64,000 bases of DNA from Lama guanicoe (lineage: Eukaryota): assembly GCA_013239625.1 (NCBI GenBank), contig MU053934.1, positions 12,435,413-12,499,412 on the forward strand, given 5' to 3'. Within the stretch, counting starts at the first letter, position 1; every line of letters begins with the position of its first letter. Below, one piece after another: positions 36,001 to 64,000 of this stretch. The notes under the pieces were generated by a model, which was not told the DNA's origin, ran no database searches, and saw only the letters and a list, made by a program, of their open reading frames with translations. The position numbers and the translations under genes were made by a program.

Positions 36001-38125
36001 GATGGGGTGGTTGGGAGTCCCCGGCTGCACGTGGAGGTCTGGCTGTCCCCAGTACTTTGCTGACCTGGGAGCTGGCTGGCCCTCCTGCCCTGATGGCCCG
36101 TGACCCTGTGGAGGCGGGCTCGGGGAGAGAGGGATGCACCTTCATCTAACTGGAAGCCAGGGGTGTTGTTGAGACGAGCACAGGGCCTGAATCTGTCACC
36201 CTAGGGACTGGGGGCTGGGCCACCCCACGCCATGGCCTCGTTGGAGAGAGTGGCCAGGCTTTGGGTAGACAGAGCTGCCACCTCAGGATCTGGGGCTGTT
36301 GCGCTTGTGTGGTGTAAGCGTAGTCCCAGACACGTGCCACCTCAGCCAGGCACCTTGGTCACGCCCGGGGTTCTGGGCCGGTAGGAAGGGGGAAGGTCTC
36401 GGGACTTGGCTTGGGGCCCTGCAGATGCTCTGACCTGGGGCGTCCTGCACCTCAGTGCCGCATGTCCCACTCCTGTGCACAGGAATTTGGAGTCCACTGC
36501 TGGACAGACAGCATCTCCTGGCTGGTGGGTGGGGCGGTGGAGCCAGGGGAGTCTGTGCTGTGGAAACGGAACTGGGCAGGAGGGCTGGTGGGGACACGAG
36601 GGAGGTAGGGCTGCAAGGGAGAAGGTGGGGCTGGGGCTCTGTAGGCCTTGGGGGAGGGACGGGGAGCAGATGGGTGTCGGTGCTGCTCCCACAAGGTCCC
36701 CAGCCCAGTGATCCTGGGGTGTCCCTCCTGATTTGGGGGCTCCATCTGTCCTGCTGGCGGGTGTCCAGCTCTGGCTCACAGCACACTCGTTCCTGGGGCC
36801 CCAGAGCACATCTATCCTCCTGGCCCCTGTCCTGGGCTGGTGGCCGTGGGCACAGCCCAGAGGAGCAGAGGAGGCAGGGCCAAGCAGCTCGGTGACGGCG
36901 GGACGGGTCAGGTCGTGGCAGGGGGAGAGCGGGCCAGGCCGGGGGCTGAGTGGGGCACCTGGGTTTGAGGTGCACACGTGGCTCCTTGGTGGGCTTGATC
37001 CCTTAAAGTTTAGAATCACTGACATTTTTAAAACCTTTTTCTTTTCCTGACCCCCGACCCTCCCCACAGTCCCCACCCACTGCCAGAGGCAGGTGATGCT
37101 GTTTCGGGGGGTCTGTCTGCACGCCGCCCGCAGCAGGGTCCTCGAGGCCTGGCTGACCTGGGGCTTGTCTTCAGGGGCGTCTCGGGCTCTGTCTCACTCT
37201 ACTTGAGTCCTGACCAACTGGGCAGCAGGGCGCCCTGACTGCCCCTCCAGCCCCCACCCTCACCAGTGCCCAAAGGCCCTTGCCAGGCTTGAGGTGACAT
37301 CAGGAAGCAGGCACAGGGCCCATGGAAGGGAGCTGTGGGCTGTTTCTCCTCCTGGGCTGCAGCCAAGAGCCTGGTGCCAGGGCCCAGTGTCCCCAGGCTG
37401 CCCTCCCCCTGCTCTCCGCATGGAGGGGGCGGGCGATGTTCAGGGCAGACGTGGCCTGTGAGCTGTACAAGGCAGTGCCCTGGGCCCTTGGGGTCTGCAG
37501 AGTAGTGGGGGTTGCTAGGATCCCTGAGGGGGCATGTTCCAGAATGGGGTGGAGGTGGGGAAGCTGCAGGAGACCAGACGGGTTGGGGCAGCCCAGGACG
37601 GATGCGGCTGGGAAGGAGGCTCCAGGCCTTGGACAGGCCAGTGGCTCTGGTGTGTTTGGACCTCAGGGTGGCAGTGCAGCCTCTGGGCCACCTTGTAGGG
37701 TGGAGCCACACTGGGGGTGGCCCAGGTAACAGAAGCCCATCTGCCACACAGGGCTGGGTGCGCCACCAGCACACCACCAGACCCCGCCCCCCCTGCGCCT
37801 GCAGAAGAGACTTCTCCCTCGGGTGTGGCTGTCCTCCCCAGGGCTGCCGTGGCAGCCACCACAGTACTAGACGACTCTGGCCCCACCCCAGCCACCTTGG
37901 CAGCCTCTCCTGTGCTGTCCTTGGCCGTCACCACAGCCCCAGCCAGCCCAGCCCTCTCCACGGTGGCCACCCTGGGTACAGTGACAAGGGACAGGTGAGC
38001 AGGTCAGGTCAGGCCATGGGAGGGGGGTGGGCGAGGACCCTCACCCTGAGTGACTCCCACCGCCCCCCTGCAGGCAGACAGACGTGCCGCCGCCTGCAGG
38101 AGCCGCCTCAAACGGCCCCGTGTGA
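8776..38125 (+). CDS. PPP6R2: Serine/threonine-protein phosphatase 6 regulatory subunit 2 (SAPS domain), spliced CDS of 22 coding exons, ~939 aa
   Basis: Starts [20 protein letters not shown] (gtcaccATG), ends ...GAASNGPV*. Exons join in frame through GT-AG sites (2820 nt total). Peptides match recalled mammalian PPP6R2, and it lies tail-to-tail with SBF1 as in human 22q13. Confidence 0.97.
9746..10000. mobile_element. MER58B-like hAT-Charlie DNA transposon relic
   Basis: agggttggcagac...agctgagaatggttttacatttttaaatggttgaaaaaaatcaaaagaa...tctggccctttgccagaagtctttgctgac. Confidence 0.7.
12645..12735. repeat. Alternating purine-pyrimidine minisatellite-like tract rich in CACGTG
   Basis: Imperfect ~14-bp unit tgtgcccacgtgtg; five CACGTG. 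Confidence 0.85.
13657..13792 (-). mobile_element. tRNA-derived SINE (camelid Vic-1-like), full length, perfect 15-bp TSD
   Basis: Minus: ggggagggtatagctcaagtggtagagcgc (A box)...ggttcaagccc (B box)...A tail; TSD atattggtgtttctt at 13642-13656 and 13793-13807. Confidence 0.92.
14254..14440 (+). CDS. PPP6R2: PPP6R2 coding exon 2
   Basis: ctctag|g [12 protein letters not shown]...ARKTEQ |gtgatc. Confidence 0.95.
15060..16990 (-). mobile_element. Antisense old LINE-1 fragments with a nested L1 3' end (~15490-16125)
   Basis: Minus ORF 15890-16111 EWLNKLW..H.MEHYS.IK.N.LLIH.TTWMNLQ; T-rich L1 ORF2 antisense motifs; boundaries approximate. Confidence 0.75.
15228..15372. mobile_element. MER58A-like DNA transposon fragment
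   Basis: tgtggcccacaggccaaa...tgtttttgtaaatgaaattttactg...catttgtttacacattgtctgtggctg. Confidence 0.7.
17890..18027 (+). CDS. PPP6R2: PPP6R2 coding exon 3
   Basis: tttcag| [11 protein letters not shown]...LRQEVLH |gtgagt. Confidence 0.95.
19210..19275 (+). CDS. PPP6R2: PPP6R2 coding exon 4
   Basis: ttccag| [22 protein letters not shown] |gtgagt. Confidence 0.95.
19433..19830. mobile_element. MLT1-like (MaLR) LTR relic
   Basis: Begins tgtgttagttttctgtggctg..cagattaccccaaagctgagt, resembling the MLT1 terminus; right boundary uncertain. Confidence 0.55.
20677..20789 (+). CDS. PPP6R2: PPP6R2 coding exon 5
   Basis: tttcag| [16 protein letters not shown]...LTALE(S) |gtgagt. Confidence 0.95.
21151..21264 (+). 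CDS. PPP6R2: PPP6R2 coding exon 6
   Basis: cgacag|g [14 protein letters not shown]...ETRRA(G) |gtgagt. Confidence 0.92.
22354..22480 (+). CDS. PPP6R2: PPP6R2 coding exon 7
   Basis: ccacag|g TEGLVD...[11 protein letters not shown] |gtaggt. Confidence 0.95.
22940..23100 (+). mobile_element. L2 3'-end relic
   Basis: gtctgcccccactggaaaggaagcttcatgaaggcaggga...tgttaatgaaaagatggatg resembles the L2 3' tail. Confidence 0.5.
23511..23663 (+). CDS. PPP6R2: PPP6R2 coding exon 8
   Basis: ttgcag| [16 protein letters not shown]...NTMGLLL |gtgagc. Confidence 0.95.
25524..26206 (-). mobile_element. Nested younger LINE-1 3' end
   Basis: [23 protein letters not shown]...[12 protein letters not shown]; degenerate TSD cagcac(aa/cg)tttgt at 25511-25523 and 26207-26219. 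Confidence 0.85.
26815..26947 (-). mobile_element. tRNA-derived SINE (Vic-1-like)
   Basis: Plus ggggggaggcaattaggtttattt...gggattgaacccaggacc...ccactgagct; same family as 13657-13792. Confidence 0.88.
27493..27620 (-). mobile_element. tRNA-derived SINE (Vic-1-like)
   Basis: Plus gggggtaattag...gggattgaacccaggacc...ctctaccactaagctataccc. Confidence 0.88.
28722..28925 (+). CDS. PPP6R2: PPP6R2 coding exon 9
   Basis: ccccag| [13 protein letters not shown]...ENTMVTH |gtaagt. Confidence 0.95.
30158..30222 (+). CDS. PPP6R2: PPP6R2 coding exon 10
   Basis: tcccag| [21 protein letters not shown](Q) |gtgaga. Confidence 0.95.
31572..31687 (+). CDS. PPP6R2: PPP6R2 coding exon 11
   Basis: tctcag|g [18 protein letters not shown]...EVIQ(G) |gtgagt. 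Confidence 0.95.
32699..32784 (+). CDS. PPP6R2: PPP6R2 coding exon 12
   Basis: ctgcag|gg [17 protein letters not shown]...AVDL |gtgagc. Confidence 0.95.
32985..33065 (+). CDS. PPP6R2: PPP6R2 coding exon 13 (81 nt, frame-preserving, likely cassette)
   Basis: ttgcag| [27 protein letters not shown] |gtgcgt. Confidence 0.92.
33400..33497 (+). CDS. PPP6R2: PPP6R2 coding exon 14
   Basis: ccccag| [20 protein letters not shown]...DDSV(N) |gtgagc. Confidence 0.95.
34012..34069 (+). CDS. PPP6R2: PPP6R2 coding exon 15
   Basis: gcccag|t [19 protein letters not shown] |gtgagt. Confidence 0.95.
34147..34262 (+). CDS. PPP6R2: PPP6R2 coding exon 16
   Basis: ctgcag| [26 protein letters not shown]...RA(R) |gtgggc. 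Confidence 0.93.
34371..34534 (+). CDS. PPP6R2: PPP6R2 coding exon 17
   Basis: tcgcag|g [12 protein letters not shown]...EGGSK(G) |gtagat. Confidence 0.88.
34908..35070 (+). CDS. PPP6R2: PPP6R2 coding exon 18
   Basis: caacag|ga ATWPVFDEP...[14 protein letters not shown](C) |gtgagg. Confidence 0.92.
35156..35244 (+). CDS. PPP6R2: PPP6R2 coding exon 19
   Basis: ctacag|c [12 protein letters not shown]...GPERT |gtgagt. Confidence 0.92.
35833..35992 (+). CDS. PPP6R2: PPP6R2 coding exon 20
   Basis: ttgcag|tt [21 protein letters not shown]...VSVP(R) |gtgagc. Confidence 0.88.
37752..37994 (+). CDS. PPP6R2: PPP6R2 coding exon 21 (Ala/Pro/Thr-rich; acceptor weak)
   Basis: cacacag|g AGCATST...[10 protein letters not shown](R) |gtgagc; the 3' half matches recalled [10 protein letters not shown], the 5' boundary is less certain. 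Confidence 0.75.
38074..38125 (+). CDS. PPP6R2: PPP6R2 last coding exon
   Basis: ctgcag|g [16 protein letters not shown] (TGA 38123-38125). Confidence 0.92.
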
Positions 38126-38203
38126 TGCTGCTGCCGGCCTCGCATCCCAGCCAAGACGACCACCTGGTCACGCAGTTTGTCTTTTTTAATTTAATTTAAT
38201 TTA

Positions 38204-38216
38204 ATTAAAAAATAAA
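38204..38216 (+). terminator. PPP6R2 proximal polyadenylation signal (ATTAAA 38204-38209, AATAAA 38211-38216)
   Basis: Canonical hexamers ~80 nt after the stop codon, preceded by a U/A-rich tract. Confidence 0.7.
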
Positions 38217-38854
38217 TGCTGCATTGTTAAAGCTGGCAGTTGGAACCAGTCGGACGGCCCAGCCTGCGTTTCTCCTGCCTGACCCCAAGTGGGCCACGAG
38301 GGTCTGGCCCCACGCACAGCAATAAGGCCTCAGATGTTGTGCTCTGTCTGGGGGAGCTGGGGCTGCGACCTCAGATGCCACAAGGGCCCAGGGCTGGGCC
38401 TGGCACCACCAGCTCCAAGCCTGTTTTTACTGATTTTTTTAAACAAATGCAGAAGAGCCGCATGTTTGCACTTTTTATCTGACCACAGGAGGTCTCCGAG
38501 GCTCTGGGGAAAATGCTGGTCTGGAGCTGGGCTGGCCATACTGGGTCTTAGCTGCCCAGTGGCCCTGGGAGCTGACCTTAAGTCAGGCTGCAAAATTTGA
38601 CTGCCTTAAAAAAATATGCCCCTCCATGGCCTGGCAGGGTGTCCTGGCCCTCACGCCACAGTGGGCAGTGGGGCTACCCAGCAAGAGCTGGCGGTGCAGG
38701 AGAGGGTACGGGGTGGGCAGAGACACCCCAGCAGTGCTGGGTGGGGTAGGGCCCGCACAGTTGGAGGGGGCAGGACTGAGCTGTCCTGGAGGGGTCTGCA
38801 GGGTTACTTTACATGTTCTGATCTTCTGTTGGGGCACCCAAACCCCCAACTCCC

Positions 38855-38860
38855 AATAAA
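38855..38860 (+). terminator. PPP6R2 distal polyadenylation signal AATAAA
   Basis: AATAAA followed ~25 nt later by GU-rich gtgtattgtt. Confidence 0.65.
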
Positions 38861-39839
38861 TGTGTTACTCTTACTGACAGACCCGTGTATTGTTAAGCTG
38901 CAGGTCCCGAAGCCTGAGTGAGGCCGGCAGCGGGGTTTTCTGGTGCCCCAGGTCCCTCCTTGAGTCAGAAGCAAACTCTGCCTGGAGGCTGAGAGTTGGG
39001 CAGGGACCCCAGACCCGCAGGTTCCTGGACATCAGGAACCTTGGCCTTATGGCTGTCCACAAACAAAACCAGGTACTTTCTCACAGCCTAGCCCGCTTGT
39101 GTCCAGGCCTGCTCTCACTTCCCGCCCGCACCACCAGCCCTCCTTGACTGGGGGACAGTGGCCACCACCCCAGACCACTCTGGGGTTTTCTCTCGGCCTC
39201 TGCAGTGCCTACCCCTATACCTGCTGCCTCCCATGCCCCTGGATGGCACTGTTGCTGGTGAGGTGCTAGACCTGGCGGGACTCCAGTGTTTCTGGGACAG
39301 GGGAGTGGGCCAGGGGCTGGAGGAAGGCCAGGACCCCAGGTGAGACCCGAGGAGAGGAAGAGACAGGCACCTGGAGCAGAGTCCCCAGAACGGAAGCCGT
39401 CAGGTCCTGTGCTCCACCCCCCCACACGTAACCCACCCCCTGCCGCATCCCTGAGAGCCCCCCAGGGCCTCTCCCACCAGGCCCCCTCCTCCCACTCCTC
39501 CAGCCCACTGACTCATGTGACCAGGGAACAGCAAGTCTGGACCCTGTGTCCTCCGGCTACCCCTACCCCGTCAGTTCTCTGGACCCAGGACAGCTTCCTA
39601 GGGGCCTCTTCCCCTGGTTCCCCTCTTCACAACACACCCCCAGGCGGTACCTTCTGTTCCAACCCTGAGAACGGCCTCCGAGGCCTGGGGGGATGGGCAG
39701 CCGGATGCCAGGCAGAGGCCTGGTGCAGCTGTGGCCCCCGCACCAGTACAGGCCCCTCAGTGGACTGGGTGGTTAAGAGGGTGGGGGACCCTCTGGGCGG
39801 GCCGAGGACACACAGCCACGTGGCTTGTCATTAGCTCTC

Positions 39840-39845
39840 TTTATA
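39840..39845 (-). terminator. SBF1 proximal polyadenylation signal, variant TATAAA
   Basis: Plus-strand tttata = TATAAA on minus, ~310 nt after the SBF1 stop; a known variant hexamer, and no AATAAA was seen nearer the stop. Confidence 0.5.
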
Positions 39846-40152
39846 GATTCTGGTTCTAGGAGCAGGTTGCCTGCGGCCGGCCTGCCGGGGCCAGCACATT
39901 GACAGGGCGGGTGGGAGTGGACTATTTACAGGCCGACGGCGAGGGGCTGTACCATGGCTGCTCCCGGTGGCGGTCAGCTGCGACTCCAAAATAAGTTAGA
40001 GCCGGCGGGCAGGGTGGGGCTGGGCGGGGACTGTACACACATCAGGGGCGGGGCCTCAATACTGTCAAGGGCGGGGGCTGTAAACATGGCCGGGGGGCCC
40101 TGCCCACCCCTAGTGGTCTGCAACGAGTGGACGACTGGACGCAGGGCCGGGC

Positions 40153-58891
<18,739 letters not shown>

Positions 58892-61800
58892 TCAGAGCGC
58901 CACCACCTCCCACACCCCCACCCACTCAGGAGCCTCAAAGCCCCGAGTGGAAACATCTCCCCCACCCTGGCACCAGACCAGCCTCAGCTCCCAGACCTAC
59001 AGTTTCTCTAAGGAGAGGCCACAAGGCAGCCACAGAGCCCAGGGCCACCAGAGGGCACAGGGAGAAGCCCTTGCTGTAGGGTCAGGCCCCCTGCAGGCCT
59101 GGGGCTGGGCCAGGCACCAGAGCACAGAAGCCCCAGCCTGGAGGGAGGGCCGTGCACTCCCTGTTCCTGCCCTCACGCCCCCAACCGCATCAACTCCCTC
59201 AGCCAGAACCATAGCCAGCATGCCAGCCCAGCTGCACGGCACCTGCCCCTCCAGGAAGAGGACAGTTGTTCCAGACTGTTTCACAGCCAACCCCCAGCCT
59301 AGGCACGCAGTCCCCACGACCCCCTGGCCTGCTGGACAGTGAGCGAGAGGTGTGGAGCTCTCACACCTGTTGTTTCTGTCCCAGACTGCTGCTTGTCCTC
59401 ACTGCCTCTGACAAGATGGGCCCAGCAAAGGTCCCAGAAGACAGCCAGAGACAGTGGCAGCTGGCAGGAAGGACAGGAGTGCCGTCATGGGCACTGAATG
59501 TGGTGGCACAGGCCTGCTCCCTGCCTGCACAGGTCACCGCGTGCAGCCCTGGGTCACCTGGACCAGGGTGGAGGGCCGGGGGGTAGGGGCACATGTCCCA
59601 GTGTGTTCCCCAGAGGACCCCCCCCCAACTCCTTGAAGCCACAGGGCCCGCTAAGTCCCATCTGATCTCCTCTCGCCCACTCCATGGGCAGGGCACTGCT
59701 CCCAGATCCAGTCCATGGTGGCCGGGCCAGCTGGAGGCCCCTGCCTCCTGCTCACCCTCTGCGGAGCCAAACCTGGGGGCATGATGAGGGCCACGTCAGG
59801 GAAGCACCCCTCACAGGCCTCGTGGAGGATGGACATGGGTCTCCGTTCTTCCTCAAGCTCCCACCCAGCGTGGAAGCAGGGCGAAGCAGGAACAGACAAG
59901 AGCCTCCCCACCTTCACCTCCCACACATGACCAGCAGGCACCACCAGCCTCGACGCTGCTGCCCACGCCAGCAGAAAAGCAGGGGCAGACAGGTAAGGGG
60001 AAGGGCCGCCCAAGGCCCAGAAACCCACCAAGTGCAGACTTGGAGGACCTGTCACATGCAGCCTCACGTCCAGCCAGCCTGGTCTACCAGGACCTGAATG
60101 GGCACAGGAGCCTCAGACAGAGCTGGGGGCCTGGGCACAGGCAGGCAGGCCCCAGCAGGAGGCATTCCTTAGGCCCCTGGAAGGCAGAGGAGCTGGGTTA
60201 CACGCACTCTTAGGCGACCACCCACCCTCCAGGATCACGGAAGGAGGTCAGCAACAGGCAGCCTGGGAGAAGGGGGGGTGAGGGACCATGACTCTGACTC
60301 ACAAAACCTCAGCTTCCTGCTCCCCTCCCCCTTTTACCACTGACACTGAGAAGAGGTGGCAGACAAGACAAGGTGGGGGAGGACAGGTGTCTGCTGGTGC
60401 CACACACGTGCACATGCAGCACACGGGGTCCCTCCAGGCCCACCCCCAAGGGCCACAGTCAATAGGCCCAAGCTGGCTCACCCTGACCCACAGCTCCTTC
60501 CCCTCCACTCCCCCAGGGGCTGACTGGTGTGCGGCCCCAAACCACCACTGGGCGCGGCCCAGCTGGCACCTACCTAGGGCTCACCCAGTTCTTGCCGTGA
60601 GGCAGCAGACTGAGGAAGAGGGGTATGTGTGGATGGGACGTACCCTCTGCCCCACAGCCTGTCCCAAAGCCGGGGGACAGGCAGCCTTCCGCAGCCTCTC
60701 CCCACAGGGAAGCGGGCAGAGTGGCTGGCCACTGGCCACTGCCCACCCTCCCTGCCTCATTCAAGTATGAAACCCCACTTGCAGGGCTCCAGGACCCTCT
60801 AAAGGACCAAGTGAAGGCTTTCCCTGAGCTGTCCCAGCTGCCTATGGAGGCAGGTGACCAGGCAGGGCAGTGAGTGTCCCTTGCTGGCTCCTTCTGTGGG
60901 CCATGACAGTGCCCAACTGGCCCTCAGGTCTCAGCCCAAAGAGTGTCCCCTCCTCGAGGCAGCTCGTTGCCCCCTGCCCAAGCCTGGGGCCTGCAGCGGC
61001 ACCCCCAGGACCTCCCACCTCTACTGCACCCTTCTGTGACTCCGGGGGCACTTGCTGGCCAGCTGGGCCAGACAGGAGCTCCACGAGCTGGAAGCTGCAT
61101 CTCTGTGCCTGGCACGGACCGTGGCTGAACAGGGCTTGCTGAACACACACAGCCGGCTCCACCACCATCCTCCCACACCCAGCTCCACTCACACCCCACA
61201 AGCAAACATGTTCTTCAGTAAGAAGTGCAGGGCAGCTTCCGGAGCCCCGAGGCACACCAGGACACAGAGGCCCTCCCAAGATGGGTGCCCCCTGGAGGGG
61301 CCTGACCCCCCGGTCTCCCCCACCCTTCTCTGAGACCCCAGCCTACATCTCAGCTCTGTGCTAACTGGGGCCAGGCGGCAACCAGGCTGCTGGCCTGCCT
61401 CCTGGGATGGGGGCGGGGCTCTGCCACATCTCCCAGTGTCCCCACCCACTTGAGCCCTTGTGGCCACGGAGGCAACCTACAGAAGCTGAATTCCCTGTCC
61501 CACCAGAGCTGTCCCACCTGGGGGTAGACACCCCCACCCTACAATGACAGGGCTAATCCAACCAGCACAGCCGTGCAGCACAGCAGAGTGCTCTACGGGG
61601 GGCCCCAGGAGGAAGGGCACCAAGGTCCCCTGAGACACAGACAGGGACTAGAGCTTCCTCTCGCGCCACGTCCCCACAGCCAGCCCCATGGGGGAGAACA
61701 CAGAGCTCGCATCTGTCATCTGCCTGCAACACCATCACCAGTGCCAGGCTCCGACGCCTGGGCCGGCCCCAGCCAGCATGTGCTGCGGGCAGAGGCAAGG

Positions 61801-62719
61801 AAGGATGGCTGTCTCCGCTCCTGCCCCGCCGCACACGCCCTGAGATGAGCCCAACTGTGGGAAGGACAGCACCTTCCTGCTGCTCCACCCTCCCAAACCT
61901 CAACACACAGGCCACTCCCAGCCAGCCACAGCAGCAGGCCATGTGCAGAGGGGCCGCAGCCTCTCTGACTTCCTCCAGTCAGACTAGACTGGCTCTGACC
62001 CAAGGCCTTGGACCCTTCAGGCTCCCAGGGTGGGGCGGGGAGACAGCTGAGGCCATCCCAAACAGCCCCAACCTGCTCCAGAGGGAGGGCAGGAACATGG
62101 GTGGGGAGAGTACATGGGGCCCAGGAATGTGGCCAGCTCAGCAAGTCAAGACTGAAAGAGGCCAGGCCATGGGATAGAAGGTCTTTTCCCCAGATATTGG
62201 GGGGTGGAAAGTGTGCACTTACTACCTGGTCAGCTTGAACACATTTCCTGCCCCGAAAGACACACCCCAGTACTGGCCAGACTGTGTTAAATCAGCTGAC
62301 CACCGTCCGGGCCCTCCTGGGCCAGGAATGGGGCACCGGTGGTCTCTCCAGCCCCCACTATGTCCCCAGAGCTGGGCCCCCTCCACTCACCAGGGCAGGA
62401 GTCTGCACCCTCTGAGATGAATGAAGGGGTCCCACCAGCCACCCCTTGCCCTCCTGCCTGGAGCAGTCTGCCAGGTAGTAGCATGAAGCCAGAATGCTCC
62501 CTCAGGCAGGACTCGGGCTCAGCACCCAGGCCCTGCATCCAGCAGCTCGGACGGGATGTCCAGATCCAGGCCAAGGACAAGACACCCCCTACTCTTACCC
62601 TCTCCACCGAACCCAAAAGACCCTGTGTCTTGCCCCAATGTTCTAGGCCTGCCAGCACGTAGGGGGACCTCCACCTCCTGCTGAGGTGCCTGCAGGCGTC
62701 CACACACCTGCTGCTCAGC

Positions 62720-62930
62720 ATGAACAAGACACCCATCACTTCCCAGAGCCTCTCACACGAATGGTTTCACGTGTGTGTCCATCTTGTGCTCACAGGAGCC
62801 TGGAAGGTCTGTGTGACTCATCCCATTCCCAGATGGGGAACTTGGGGTGCCGAGGGCCTAAAGACTGGCACAAGGTCACAGAGATATCAAATGGTGAAGC
62901 AGGGACCCACCGACCCCCACTCTGCTTCAG
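62720..62930. mobile_element. MIR relic in SBF1 intron 1
   Basis: cccattcccagatggggaacttgggg...ggcacaaggtcacagagatatcaaatggtgaagcaggga resembles the MIR core. Confidence 0.55.
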
Positions 62931-64000
62931 ACTTCCCCACCACCTCACTCTGCCCTGGGCCCCACAGTCAAAGTTCCAGCCTGTGGGCTTGTTCCTCACA
63001 GAGATGGACCAGTCCTACCAAGGGAGACCCTGAGGGTGGCCTGCCAGCAGCTGACCAGCTCCAACCCAAGAAGGCAGTGGTTAGGGGGCTCCACGGTCCT
63101 CCCACCCCTGTTGCAGTGGATGTCTTGAGACTTATTCCTTCTGGCCACTCCGGGTGAGCAGGCATTGTGGGCTCCAGCCTTCTCCCCTGTCCTGCTCAGA
63201 GTCCACACACACCTGGGGTGCCCAAGCCCGTGTGGCTCCAACCAGTTTGTCATGGAGCCCACCCATGACTCCTTCTGCCTCCCTGACGTTCCCTTCAGCT
63301 GCCACCACCATCAGCATGCCTCCTACCTGTCCTCTGCCTGCGGTCTCTGCCTCCTCAGCCCTCCCTACATCGTCAGCTGCCAAGCCCACTCTACTCATGC
63401 AGCCCCTACCCTGGCACCCAGCCCAGGGCCCTACCCTGGTGCAGCCCCCTGGCCATCCTTGTTTCCCTGGATCGCATGCAACGCTCTGCTCCAGATGACA
63501 GGCCCTCCTCACTGCCCCCTCCCCACAAGCCTTGAAGCAGATGGCTCTCTTTCTGGGCCTGAACAACACAGTGAACCTGACACGTGCAGACTGCAGGACG
63601 AGGACAACTGGTCCTTGCCCACAAGCACTCCCTTTCTGGAGGGAGAGACGTGCTCATGACCAAGGGCGACTGGATGGATATGCAGACAGGTGGAGCAGAG
63701 AGGAGGAGCGAGTGCTGAGTGGACAGGCACTGAGGAGCGTCTGGAAAGTGCAGGGTCCAGCAGGTGGAGGCTCAGCAAGAAGACAGGCAAAGAGGAGAGA
63801 AAATCCAGGTCCTGGATGGTGACAGTGGCTGCTGCGGTGACAAGAGGCAGGGTAGCTTGGGGTAGGCGCAGGGGGTGCTCAACCCCACCCTCAGGCTCAA
63901 GGTTCAGCCCCAGTCTGACCACACAGCCACCTCCACCACCCCCAATGACATGCACTGCCCTCTTGCCACTGGGATTTGAGCCCACAGCTTGGCTCTGGGT

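Overview
Mammalian genomic DNA, most likely camelid (inferred from four copies of a short tRNA-derived SINE resembling camelid Vic-1). It holds two convergent, intron-rich genes. PPP6R2 (SAPS2, PP6 regulatory subunit 2) is on the + strand with 22 coding exons from ATG 8776 to TGA 38125 (2820 nt, 939 aa by my splice model); no 5' noncoding exon was confidently identified. SBF1 (MTMR5, DENN-GRAM-pseudophosphatase-coiled coil-PH) is on the - strand with exons 2-41 from 58872 down to the stop at 40153; exon 1 lies beyond the window end. All exons were delimited by GT-AG boundaries with consistent phases. Introns carry nested L1 fragments, MER58-like DNA transposons, an MLT1-like LTR, MIR/L2 relics and SINEs with target-site duplications. 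No prokaryotic-type system and no new protein-coding gene is evident. The most interesting unexplained signals are RNA-processing ones: a 24-nt and a possible 3-nt microexon in SBF1, a cluster of QKI motifs behind its 78-nt cassette exon, a palindromic bidirectional poly(A) element between the genes, recursive-splice-type junctions, an E-box cluster and an intragenic CpG island. Gene, exon-number and repeat-family identities come from recalled human proteins and repeat consensi, not from a database search.
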